Below, piece by piece: positions 26,580 to 35,882 of a stretch of DNA of 64,000 nt. Both the position numbers and the translations under genes were made by a program. Source of the stretch: Cenarchaeum sp. (GTDB taxonomy: Archaea > Thermoproteota > Nitrososphaeria > Nitrososphaerales > Nitrosopumilaceae); contig OZ242221.1 in the NCBI GenBank assembly GCA_965206845.1, forward strand, positions 544,001 through 608,000, in the 5' to 3' direction. Below the pieces are notes generated by a model. That model was not told the origin of the DNA and searched no databases. It saw nothing but the letters and a program-made list of their open reading frames with translations. Each line of letters begins with the position of its first letter. The first letter of the stretch is position 1.

Positions 26580-29087
26580 CTAGACCAGCGCCCGGTCATC
26601 TTGCGCGGGGGCCGTGAGCTTGGTCGGTTCGCCTGCGTTTATGCGCCGCAGTATCTCCAGCGCAGAGCACCTATGGAGAAAGTCGTTGTTGTTTCCGCAC
26701 CGGTATGAGAAGGTGCACCTGGGACAGCCCTTGCGGTGGCTGCAGGAGCAGTCTGCCGCTATGCGCATGCTTCGGGCCAGCGCCTCCTCCAGCCTGTCGT
26801 ATAGCGCCCAGCTGGCCCCGTTTCCGCCCACCGCCCCGTCGTACACGAATATGAGTCCCGAGGTGCCCAGGGAGATGCCGCCCAGATCCCTCGAGGCGCC
26901 GCCGGTGATCATGTTGCTCCCCTCTATTATGATGTGCTCGGCGGCATGGTATCCGCCGGCCTCCACGTACCCGGCATCCTCGGACTCTGCGATCGAGTCC
27001 AGCGGCCTTGGCGCGTGAAAGACGATCCCCTTTGTCACCAGATCGTACTCGAGGGGCTCATCCAGTGAGACCGCCTCTCCCTGATCCGCGTCCTGTCCCA
27101 GAGCGATCTTCAGGTACCCGCCAACGGTCTTTCTTATGCGCAGTCCGCAGAATGCAACCTCCATGCCAAAGACGCTTCGCGTCTCGTAGATGTCATCGAT
27201 CGTGGGCCTCTCCGAGGTCAGCGCCTTGGTGTAGTATGAATGGTCCTCTGGGATCCTCTGCAGGCGGGCGCTCATCCCGTCGGGATAGTCAAGTCCTGCG
27301 ACAAGGTATCTCCTTCCGGCAAGAAAGTAGATGGCTCCACTGTGTAGCTCCTCAAGCGCGGTGGGAAGGGCCCTGTGCCCCAGTCTTTTGCCGTCAAGCG
27401 TGATGTAGACCGAGCTGCCTATTCCGCGTATGTTGTACTCCCCCAGCAGTTTTTGCGCCTTGCGGCTCGGCACGTACAGGCTGCCTGCTCTCCGCAAGTT
27501 TCCCGCCCGTACCTGTTCTTGCAGCGTCGCATCGTGTCCCGGCATCTCACCTGCGCGGATGGGCCTGTCGCAGGCCATGGCCAGTATCTGAAGCCGTTCC
27601 ACGAAGGGGTTCTTGGGATCTATGTAGGCCTTCTCCACATCGGTAAAATAGTCTCCCGGGTGGTTGCCATAGTACTGCGAGATGGGGTCGTCCCCCAGTG
27701 CCAGGAACGCGTATCCCCGCTGGCCCTTCCGGGCTGCCCTGCCCATCCTCTGCATCAGCCGGTTGATTGGAACCGGGGAGGATATCACGCCGTCCACGCT
27801 GCCTATGTCGATTCCCAGCTCCAGTGTGGATGTAGAGGAGATGGCCTGCAGTCTCCCGCTGCGAAACTCGCTCTCCACCAGGTTTCTGTACCCGGGGTTC
27901 AATCCGGCCCTGTGCACCATGATGTTTATGCCGGCATTCTTTGCCTGCATGGCAAACAGCTCCACGCTCCGGTGCGTGTTGTTGAAGATTATGGTTCTGT
28001 GCCTGCCTTGTGTAAGCCTTTTTGCCACATCCACCATCAGGCTGCTCCGCTTTCGCAGGGTTGGAAGTATCATCGCAAACTCGATGCTGCCCCTCCTCCC
28101 GGAGCCGCAGACATGCCTCATCTCCGTGCCGAAGAGCCGCCGGCAGAACTCTGCCGCGTTGTCCAGCGTGGCCGACGCGGCGACAAACTGCATTCCTGCG
28201 GCGATTCTGCCCAGCCGCTTTATCACATAGTGCACGTTTGAGCCAAAGATTCCCGAGTATGTGTGCACCTCGTCTGCAACCAGAAACCTGGCCGTTCCCA
28301 GAAGCGACGCAAGTCCTGTTCGGTGGCACATATGGTAGTGGAGGACATCAAAGTTTGTGATCAGCATCTGTGGAGGGCGGTTCATGATCTTCCGCCGCTC
28401 GGCATCAGGCGTATCCCCGTCAAACACCTCTGCCCTGATCCCCAGCCTCTCTGCATACCTCCTGATCTTTGGAAGCTGGTCCCTGGCAAGGGCCTTTGTG
28501 GGGTACACCAGCAGCGCCAGAATCCCCTCCTGCAGGCCGCGTCCGGCGATACTCTGCAGGATTGGCACCACAAAGGCCTCGGTCTTGCCGGATGCCGTGG
28601 GCGACTCGATTACCACGTTGTCGCCGGCAATTATGCCGCGCACCGCCTCCTCCTGAAACCGGTAGAGGCGCTCTATTCCCGAGTCGGCCAGGCCCTGCAC
28701 TATGCCCGGGTTCAGTCCTAGGTCGTCCACGCGGGAGCCCATCTCCGGCGGGGGGCTGTCCATCCTGCGGTAGTCGGAGATGTAGTCCTTTTGGGACTGC
28801 AACACGGCCAGCGTGAGCTTGTCAGGCTTCAGGCTGCCGATCATCTCCCTTATCTCGGCCTCTGACCTGACCTTCCCTGCAGATACAGGGTCGGGATCAC
28901 CGGCATCCCTCTCTCCGATCTCCCCGCGATCAAACCTGTACAGAAAGTCTAGGTACACCTCGTCGTGGTTCCTGTTGTATTCCAGCACGGCCCCAAGGCC
29001 GCAGCCCGGGCACGACACCGTTGCCTTCCCGTCGGCCGGCCCGATATCCAACCTGGCTCTGCAGTCAGGACACAGAAATCTCTGCAA
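26580..29087 (-). CDS. DEAD/DEAH-box helicase with DUF1998 (Hrq1/SftH-like)
   Basis: Motifs: PTASGKT, DEVH, SAT, LELGIDIG and QRMGRAAR. N-terminal Zn finger and C-terminal CxC..GCPRC. Confidence 0.93.
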   Translation of the reverse strand: MQRFLCPDCRARLDIGPADGKATVSCPGCGLGAVLEYNRNHDEVYLDFLYRFDRGEIGERDAGDPDPVSAGKVRSEAEIREMIGSLKPDKLTLAVLQSQKDYISDYRRMDSPPPEMGSRVDDLGLNPGIVQGLADSGIERLYRFQEEAVRGIIAGDNVVIESPTASGKTEAFVVPILQSIAGRGLQEGILALLVYPTKALARDQLPKIRRYAERLGIRAEVFDGDTPDAERRKIMNRPPQMLITNFDVLHYHMCHRTGLASLLGTARFLVADEVHTYSGIFGSNVHYVIKRLGRIAAGMQFVAASATLDNAAEFCRRLFGTEMRHVCGSGRRGSIEFAMILPTLRKRSSLMVDVAKRLTQGRHRTIIFNNTHRSVELFAMQAKNAGINIMVHRAGLNPGYRNLVESEFRSGRLQAISSTSTLELGIDIGSVDGVISSPVPINRLMQRMGRAARKGQRGYAFLALGDDPISQYYGNHPGDYFTDVEKAYIDPKNPFVERLQILAMACDRPIRAGEMPGHDATLQEQVRAGNLRRAGSLYVPSRKAQKLLGEYNIRGIGSSVYITLDGKRLGHRALPTALEELHSGAIYFLAGRRYLVAGLDYPDGMSARLQRIPEDHSYYTKALTSERPTIDDIYETRSVFGMEVAFCGLRIRKTVGGYLKIALGQDADQGEAVSLDEPLEYDLVTKGIVFHAPRPLDSIAESEDAGYVEAGGYHAAEHIIIEGSNMITGGASRDLGGISLGTSGLIFVYDGAVGGNGASWALYDRLEEALARSMRIAADCSCSHRKGCPRCTFSYRCGNNNDFLHRCSALEILRRINAGEPTKLTAPAQDDRALV

Positions 29088-29328
29088 TGCATGGCATGCA
29101 TCATGCTCTGAATTTATTGTTTGGAGCCACGGTACGGAAAGGGAGGATCATATGCCTGACCCTGCAGGGAACAGGCCTTGTTCTGGCGACCCCGCCCACC
29201 CTGATCCTTGCGCGATGCAGCCATGTCCGCGCCAGCCGACGCGGCCGGTGTGCATGGCAGCGCCGCGATCGGCTGCCACCGTAGTCACGCATGCCTCTTT
29301 AATACCACACCGACAAAGGAGGATTGGA

Positions 29329-31476
29329 ATGCACGGCGCGCGGGATATTGTCGACAACGGGCTGCTGTTGGCAGATGAGGGGAAGCCGGAGGCACTGGAT
29401 CTCTACAACAGGGCAATCCAGCTGGATCCCGGCTTCTTCCCCGCTTATTTTCACAAGGGGGAGCTGCTGCATGATCTTGAAATGTATGGCAAGGCGGTAG
29501 AGTGCTTTGACAAAGCAATAGAGTTGAAGCCCAGCAATGTCACGGCGCATTTCAGAAAAGGACTGGCGCTGCATGAGATGGGGGACTATCCTGCGGCAGT
29601 AGAGAGCTTTGACACGGCAATAGAGCAGCATCCAAACAGCGCCATCATGCATGTCCAAAAGGGGCTATCCCTCTATGAGAATGAGGATTACCGTGCTGCC
29701 GTAAAGTGCTTTGACAGGTCGATATCCTTGGATCCAAACGACCCGTTTGCGTACGACATCAAGGGAAGGTCGCTGTATGAGCTGGAGGATCACAGGGGGG
29801 CAGTGGAGTGCTTTGACAGGTCACTCCATCTGGAACCGGACGACTCCCTCACGCACATAGATAGGGGAATGGCGCTGTGCGAGCTGGAAGACTACAGGTC
29901 CGCAATAGGAAGTTTTGACAGGGCAATATCCCTTGATCCAGATGATGCGAGCGCATACACCCACAAGGGAGAGGCGCTACTCGAGCTTGGGGAGTATGCG
30001 GCCGCTGTGAAGTGCTTTGACAGGTCGATATCTCTTGATCCAGGTGACGCAGGCGCATACATACACAAGGGAGAGGCGCTACACGAGCTTGGGGAGTATG
30101 CGGCCGCTGTGAAGTGCTTTGACAGGTCGATATCTCTTGATCCAGGTGACGCAGGCGCATACATCCACAAGGGGAGTTCCCTGCAAGAGCTGGAAAGCCA
30201 TGATGCCGCATTGAAGTGCTTTGAGAGAGCAATAGGACTGGAACCGGACAACAAGTATGCCCACCTAGAGAAGGGCATGTCCCTGAGCGATCAGGAAGAT
30301 TACCGCGCCGCCTTGGAGAGCATCGATGTGGCAATCGGCCTTGATCCAAGTGACTCGCTGGCGCACGGCTTCAAGGGAACGATCCTCCATGAGATGGAGG
30401 ACTACAAGGGTGCGGTGGAGAGCTTTGATGCGGCAATCAGGATTGAGGCAAATAATTCCTCCCATCACATGAACAGGGGAGCATCACTGCACGAGATGAG
30501 AGATTACAGTGGGGCGGTGGAGAGCTTTGATGCGGCAATCAGGCTGGATCCAAATGACGCCCACCTGCACTACAAAAAGGGGGAATCCCTGTACGGCTTT
30601 GGGGAATACGGCGCCGCCGTGAAGTGTTTTGATGCGGCAATCAGGATTGATCCAACAAATGCCCATGTGCACTGGATCAGGGGGGCTTCCCTGTATAAGA
30701 TGGAAGACCGCCCGGAGGCAATCAAGTGCTATGACGAGGCGCTCAGGATTGATCCAAAATACAGTCTTGCGCGCATCCTCAAGTCGGTCTGTCTTTTGGA
30801 TGTCGGCAGTCCGGAGGAGGCCCTGGAAGCACTGGAGGGCGTGGAGAACAAGGTGGGGGATCCCAGCATGTCGTGGGCCATACTCCACAAGGCAAAAGTC
30901 CTTTACGCCTTGGGCAGGCCGGACGGCGCCATTGCCAACCTGGGCATGATTGAGGATGGAGATCCGCTCTATGCCGACGCTCTACTTGAAAAGGGCATAA
31001 TCAATGACGAGTACTACGAGGTCAGCAGGGAGCAGGCCAAGCTTGATGAGGCCACACGCTGCTACAGTGCAGCCATGGCAGCAAGACCGGGCTTTGACGA
31101 ACTGCTGTACAAGAACGGACTGCTGTTCTACAAGTATGGCAGGACTGAGGATGCAGTGGAGAGCTTTAATGGCGCAATCAAGCTGAGGCCGATCTTTCCA
31201 GATGCCATAAATGCCATGGGAAGGGCGCTCAACGATCTGGGACGGCATGAGGACGCCATACAGTATCTCGAGGCGGCAATCAGGCTAAAGCCCGGCTTTG
31301 CAGAGGCCGTCTACAACAAGGCAGACATCATGCGCAGCATTGGCATGGTTGAAGAGTCCGCGGGGTTTCTTGACGAGGCGGTTCGGTTGGATCCCAGCCT
31401 TCGGAACCACGAGGGCATAAGGCGCATGTTGGACGAGAGGCCGGGGTTTAAGCGTAGAACTCGCGGCAAGAAATAG
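29329..31476 (+). CDS. Large TPR-repeat protein (~18 TPRs)
   Basis: Regular 34-aa repeats (HKGEALHELGEYAAAVKCFDRSISLDPGDAGAY). ATG 29329 follows TTTAATA and a GGAGG element. The ORF-track extension to 28813 overlaps the helicase. Confidence 0.93.
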   Translation: MHGARDIVDNGLLLADEGKPEALDLYNRAIQLDPGFFPAYFHKGELLHDLEMYGKAVECFDKAIELKPSNVTAHFRKGLALHEMGDYPAAVESFDTAIEQHPNSAIMHVQKGLSLYENEDYRAAVKCFDRSISLDPNDPFAYDIKGRSLYELEDHRGAVECFDRSLHLEPDDSLTHIDRGMALCELEDYRSAIGSFDRAISLDPDDASAYTHKGEALLELGEYAAAVKCFDRSISLDPGDAGAYIHKGEALHELGEYAAAVKCFDRSISLDPGDAGAYIHKGSSLQELESHDAALKCFERAIGLEPDNKYAHLEKGMSLSDQEDYRAALESIDVAIGLDPSDSLAHGFKGTILHEMEDYKGAVESFDAAIRIEANNSSHHMNRGASLHEMRDYSGAVESFDAAIRLDPNDAHLHYKKGESLYGFGEYGAAVKCFDAAIRIDPTNAHVHWIRGASLYKMEDRPEAIKCYDEALRIDPKYSLARILKSVCLLDVGSPEEALEALEGVENKVGDPSMSWAILHKAKVLYALGRPDGAIANLGMIEDGDPLYADALLEKGIINDEYYEVSREQAKLDEATRCYSAAMAARPGFDELLYKNGLLFYKYGRTEDAVESFNGAIKLRPIFPDAINAMGRALNDLGRHEDAIQYLEAAIRLKPGFAEAVYNKADIMRSIGMVEESAGFLDEAVRLDPSLRNHEGIRRMLDERPGFKRRTRGKK
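29951..30173 (+). repeat. Near-identical 102-bp tandem duplication (one TPR unit)
   Basis: 29962-30063 and 30064-30165 differ at only a couple of positions. Confidence 0.9.
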
Positions 31477-31556
31477 ACGGCCGCCGGCTCCCTGCGTGTA
31501 GGCATCTGGGGGAACTCTCGTGCCATGTCTTACGACTTTTTTAGGGGGGCCTACCA

Positions 31557-32321
31557 GTGTCCAGCATGGAAGTGGATTGCATATACCACGAAGACTGCAT
31601 AGAAGGCATGCAAAAGATTCCCCCGGGGTCGGCGGATCTGGTGATCACAGATCCGCCATTTGCGATAGGGTTTGGGGCCGCCAAGGCCAACTACAACCGC
31701 ACCGCGTCACGCGTTATGCAGGGGTACAATGAGATTGGAGCCCCAGAATACTACGACTTCACCATGGACTGGATGCGCCAGGCATACAGGATCCTAAAGG
31801 ACTCGGGCAGCATGTACGTCTTCTCTGGCTGGAACAACCTCAAAGACGTGCTGCGGGCGCTTGACGACGTGGGGTTCGTAACCGTAAACCACATCATCTG
31901 GAAGTACCAGTTTGGGGTCGTCACAAAAAGGAAGTTTGTGACATCGCACTATCACTGCCTTTACGTCTGCAAAAACGAGAAGATGAGGTGCTTTTACCCG
32001 TTCAGCCGGTTTGCAAAGGACGCAAAGACCGATGCCGGCAGGAGCCTGCACTACCGGGACAAGGAGGATGTCTGGGATATAAAGAGGGAGTACTGGACGG
32101 GCAGTACCAAGACGCCCACAAAGCTTCCGCGCAGCCTCATAGAGAAGATCCTGCAGCACTCCAGCGTGGAGGGGGACGTGGTGCTTGATCCGTTTCTGGG
32201 CTCCGGCCAGGTGGCCGTGGTGGGCAAGCTCATGGGGCGCAGGTATCTGGGGTTTGAGATCGTAAGGGAGTACTACGAGTTTGCAAAGGAGAGGCTGGAT
32301 GCCGGCTCGTACAGGATCTGA
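31557..32321 (+). CDS. Orphan amino-DNA methyltransferase (N4/N6, beta class)
   Basis: Motif IV DPPF is N-terminal and motif I VLDPFLGSG is C-terminal. No adjacent restriction enzyme. Confidence 0.92.
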   Translation: MSSMEVDCIYHEDCIEGMQKIPPGSADLVITDPPFAIGFGAAKANYNRTASRVMQGYNEIGAPEYYDFTMDWMRQAYRILKDSGSMYVFSGWNNLKDVLRALDDVGFVTVNHIIWKYQFGVVTKRKFVTSHYHCLYVCKNEKMRCFYPFSRFAKDAKTDAGRSLHYRDKEDVWDIKREYWTGSTKTPTKLPRSLIEKILQHSSVEGDVVLDPFLGSGQVAVVGKLMGRRYLGFEIVREYYEFAKERLDAGSYRI

Positions 32322-32353
32322 CCCGGCTGTAGTCCCACGGGATCTGCGCCTGG

Positions 32354-32686
32354 CTATCCGTCGGCGGGATCCTTGTATCCCACCTTTTCTGTGATCGTCT
32401 TTTGCAGCTCGGCAGTGGGCATCCCGTCTGGGTTTATGCCCAGCGACCTTGCAATCGCCTCAAACTTCTGCCTCTCGTTCTCCACGGGGCCGCTTACCTT
32501 TACGGTACCGCCGGTCATCTCGTTTACCTGGCTCTCGATACCCTTCCTTGCCTTGTTGAACTCGTTGGTTGCCTGGCCCAGCTTCTTTGCCGCATCTGGA
32601 AGCTTGCTGGTTCCAAAGATCAGAACCAGCGCTACAAAGACTATGACGATCCACTCGCTTCCACCGATGTTTAGCGGATCCAACAT
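32354..32686 (-). CDS. tatA: Twin-arginine translocase TatA
   Basis: Motif IGGSEWIVIVFVALVLIFGTSKLPDAAKKLG. Confidence 0.92.
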   Translation of the reverse strand: MLDPLNIGGSEWIVIVFVALVLIFGTSKLPDAAKKLGQATNEFNKARKGIESQVNEMTGGTVKVSGPVENERQKFEAIARSLGINPDGMPTAELQKTITEKVGYKDPADG

Positions 32687-32820
32687 TGTACAGATCACGT
32701 CATCTTAAATTAAAGATTTGTATGCATGCGGTTTTTGGGATCGGCCGCGACGCCGGTGAGAGTTGCCGGGTTGTGTGGACGCCGACGCGCCAACCCACCT
32801 GCGAGACTGCTGGCACGGCC

Positions 32821-33510
32821 TCATTTGTACGCGCCGACTATAATCGCCCCGCCCATGAGATCCTTCTCAAAATCCACTCGGGAGAACTTCTCCAGCAGCA
32901 TGGCCTCCAGATCCCTGTTCTTTGGCCACCGTCGGTACGTGCCGTACAGTGTCGCAAACTTGAGTCCGAGTCTCCCGCCGGCGGCAAGGGCAATCACAGG
33001 AAGTATCGCCCTGAGATAAAACGAGACGCCGGCGCGCACCACGGCATTGTCTGGCTTGCCCAAGTCGACTAGGACAAAGACCCCTCCCTCCTTGAGCACC
33101 CGGCATATCTCGGATATGGCCACGCGGAGGCTTATGGCGTCCCTGAGCGAGTATCCGCACATCACTGCGTCAAACTGCCCGTCCCTGAACGGGATGTGCT
33201 CAAAGACGCCGCAGGACAAGTCTGGTGCATCTGCAAAGAGCCTGCCCGTGTTCTTGAGCATCGGCACAAGCGGATCGTACAGGGTAATGCGGATGTTGCA
33301 CATCTCTGATGCGGTCTTTGACATGTTCCCAAAACCGGATCCCGCGTCAAGCACCCTGCTGCCGGGGGCGATACGGCCATGGATGGCCCGGCGCCTGTGG
33401 GACGCGTCCTTTCCAAGGGATATGCACGAGTTTACCCTGTCGTACACGGGAATTATGTCCTTGAGAACCTCAAGAACCTCTCCCCAGTAGTTACTCCCAA
33501 GCCCCAACAC
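32821..33510 (-). CDS. UbiE/MenG-family SAM methyltransferase
   Basis: Motifs: YDRVNSCISLG, VLDAGSGFG and EICRVLKEGG. Confidence 0.85.
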   Translation of the reverse strand: MLGLGSNYWGEVLEVLKDIIPVYDRVNSCISLGKDASHRRRAIHGRIAPGSRVLDAGSGFGNMSKTASEMCNIRITLYDPLVPMLKNTGRLFADAPDLSCGVFEHIPFRDGQFDAVMCGYSLRDAISLRVAISEICRVLKEGGVFVLVDLGKPDNAVVRAGVSFYLRAILPVIALAAGGRLGLKFATLYGTYRRWPKNRDLEAMLLEKFSRVDFEKDLMGGAIIVGAYK

Positions 33511-33541
33511 GCGTCACCTGCCACCGGGAACGGATGGCCCG

Positions 33542-34273
33542 TTATGCATTGTTCTTGAACTTTTCGAGCGCCAGTTTCGAGTACTTTTGCAGGTCCTCGT
33601 CTGAGACTTTTTCAAGTGACTTGGTGTCAGATGAGATGAACGCCATCTTGATGTGCTTGACGCCGTCTTCGTTGTGTGACTTGAGGTTTACAGCTGCAAT
33701 TGCCAGTGCCGCACCCTCCTCCAGCGTGATGTTGTCGGCGTATGCCTTCTCCAGAAAATCGTTCACCTCTTCGGCCCCCGCGCCTATCGCCACTGCCGCA
33801 AAGGAGACATACGTCCCGCTGGGATCCGTGACATAGACTGACTCGCCCTTCTGGTCGACTCCTGCAATTATCAGGGATACGCCGTAAGGCCGAACGCCCG
33901 AGTACTGGGTAAACTGGTGACACTGATCTGCCAGATGCTTTGAGACCGTCTCGACCTCCACTGACTCGTCGTACGCTATCTTGTTGCTCTGGGCAAAGAG
34001 CCGGGCCCGATCCACCTGTATTCTGGCATCCGGAATGTATCCTGCCGCCGCCACGCCTATGTGCCGATCCACCTGAAAGATCTTCTGCGTTATGTTCGAT
34101 GTCTGCAGAGCCCTGGCCTTCTCTTCTACTGCCACTAGAACCCCGTTCTGGGTTTTGATTCCTATCGCCAGAGTTCCGCGCTTTACCGTCTCGATGGCGT
34201 ACTCGACTTGGTATATTCTTCCATCAGGCGAGTACATTGTAGGGGTCATATCGTACCCCCTGGAAGGCATCAT
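33542..34273 (-). CDS. psmA: Proteasome alpha subunit
   Basis: Motifs: YDMTPTMYSPDGRIYQVEYA and GVRPYGVSLI. Confidence 0.97.
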   Translation of the reverse strand: MMPSRGYDMTPTMYSPDGRIYQVEYAIETVKRGTLAIGIKTQNGVLVAVEEKARALQTSNITQKIFQVDRHIGVAAAGYIPDARIQVDRARLFAQSNKIAYDESVEVETVSKHLADQCHQFTQYSGVRPYGVSLIIAGVDQKGESVYVTDPSGTYVSFAAVAIGAGAEEVNDFLEKAYADNITLEEGAALAIAAVNLKSHNEDGVKHIKMAFISSDTKSLEKVSDEDLQKYSKLALEKFKNNA

Positions 34274-34348
34274 ACCTGGTGTCTGGCACCAGTCAATTTA
34301 AGGGTAATTGTTATGCCACCTGCCTGGATTCGGCTGCAGGATCGCCCG

Positions 34349-35284
34349 CTATACAGAGTCGGGGCGACTGTCCTGATCATGCATCAGTGAGAAGACCTGA
34401 TCCAGTCCCTCCCTGTATGACGGGTATCGCATCTTCACGATGCCGGATATCTTTTTGTTGGATGTCCTCACATTCGTGGTCAGTAGCGTTGTCGCGTCGT
34501 GTCCAAGTATGGTTCTGGCAAGAAACACGGGAACGCTGCCCGGGTGTTTTTTGCCCAGCTTGTCTGCACAGTAGTTCACCATATCCCGAAAGGCGCAGGG
34601 TTCAGAGTCGGATATGATGTATGGCCCATCGGCTCCGCCCTTCTCCAGCACCGCAACCAGCGCAGATACCGCATCATCCACGTGGACAAGGCTCTTGACG
34701 TACTTGCCGCCTCCGGGGCTCTTGAATCGCCCATGCCTTATTCTGTCAAGTATGAATTTGGTAAACCATCCGCCGTTGCCGTACACGTCTCCCAGGTATG
34801 CTGTGCAGAATCCGACGGAGCTCTCGCGGCATCTCCTCTGCAGCTCCTCCTGCGCCTCCACCCGGATCTTTGCAAAATTTGTGTTCGGGTTTATCGGCGT
34901 GGACTCGGTGATCGTGCACCTGCAGTCCCCAAAGACCCCCAGGCCAGACACGTACACGAACAGTTTTGTCCTGTCCCGTATGCTCTCAAAGAGGTTCAGC
35001 GCGCCGTCGTAGTTTACACGCCTGAGCATCTTCTGGTTCTTCGTCAGCGGGGTGAGCGACGCCAGGTGGACTACCGCGTCCCAGTCTTCCCCGGGCAGCT
35101 CGGGCTTTGGGCCTGCTAGGTCCAGACGCACCTGCCGGATGCCGGCGTGCGGCACCGTCCCGGTGTGCGATGTGCCGGTTACGTCGTGATTGCTCTCAGC
35201 AAGCCGCCGCACCAGGTTGCCGCCGATAAACCCCGATGCGCCGGTCACCAGAACCCTCATGTCACGCATGGCGCGGCTCCGCAT
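34349..35284 (-). CDS. NAD-dependent epimerase/dehydratase family protein
   Basis: VLVTGASGFIG (start may be 35260) and VHVDD. Confidence 0.88.
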   Translation of the reverse strand: MRSRAMRDMRVLVTGASGFIGGNLVRRLAESNHDVTGTSHTGTVPHAGIRQVRLDLAGPKPELPGEDWDAVVHLASLTPLTKNQKMLRRVNYDGALNLFESIRDRTKLFVYVSGLGVFGDCRCTITESTPINPNTNFAKIRVEAQEELQRRCRESSVGFCTAYLGDVYGNGGWFTKFILDRIRHGRFKSPGGGKYVKSLVHVDDAVSALVAVLEKGGADGPYIISDSEPCAFRDMVNYCADKLGKKHPGSVPVFLARTILGHDATTLLTTNVRTSNKKISGIVKMRYPSYREGLDQVFSLMHDQDSRPDSV

Positions 35285-35421
35285 TTATTGTTTGGCTGCC
35301 CGGATGCGCCACATCCCGGAGCTGCCAGTCTGCAGCTGCATGCGCAGGGGAGAAGGGCGCCATAGGCTACGCCCCGTATCAGGGCTGTCTCAAAGATGAC
35401 AAAATGATCCCGTGAATCGGC

Positions 35422-35610
35422 CTAGCGTCTTCTGCGCCTCTGGCCGGGTTTGTTCTGTCCGGGGAATCTCGGGTGAATGGGATCAAACCTCTTCTTGTAG
35501 TTGCTCTTGTTCCTCAGGCTCGAGTTTGTTCCGATTCTCTTTCTTCCCTCAACCTTTGGAGTCTGACTTCTGACCTTTCCCGCCTTGGTAAGCGATCCGT
35601 GTGTTGCCAT
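35422..35610 (-). CDS. rps30e: 30S ribosomal protein eS30
   Basis: Motif HGSLTKAGKVRSQTPKV. Confidence 0.96.
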   Translation of the reverse strand: MATHGSLTKAGKVRSQTPKVEGRKRIGTNSSLRNKSNYKKRFDPIHPRFPGQNKPGQRRRRR

Positions 35611-35882
35611 AGTATACCGCTTGTGGATTTTAATTTATGTATTGTGTTCTGGCGCACGCCGTCTGCCGTACAGGGCCGGATGCGAGGGCTTGTCCAGACG
35701 CGCAAGTCCGTGCCTGAACAAAGTCTGGAGCCCTTGTTGTACCGCAGCACCGGGCTGCACGGGAGCCAGACACGCACCTGCCAGCCCCGGGACACCCTGC
35801 AGGTACGATTTGGCGGCGAACGGGACACTGTATCTTTAGGGATGCATGATCGCGGCACTTGGCACCATGGCCGGACGTAACT

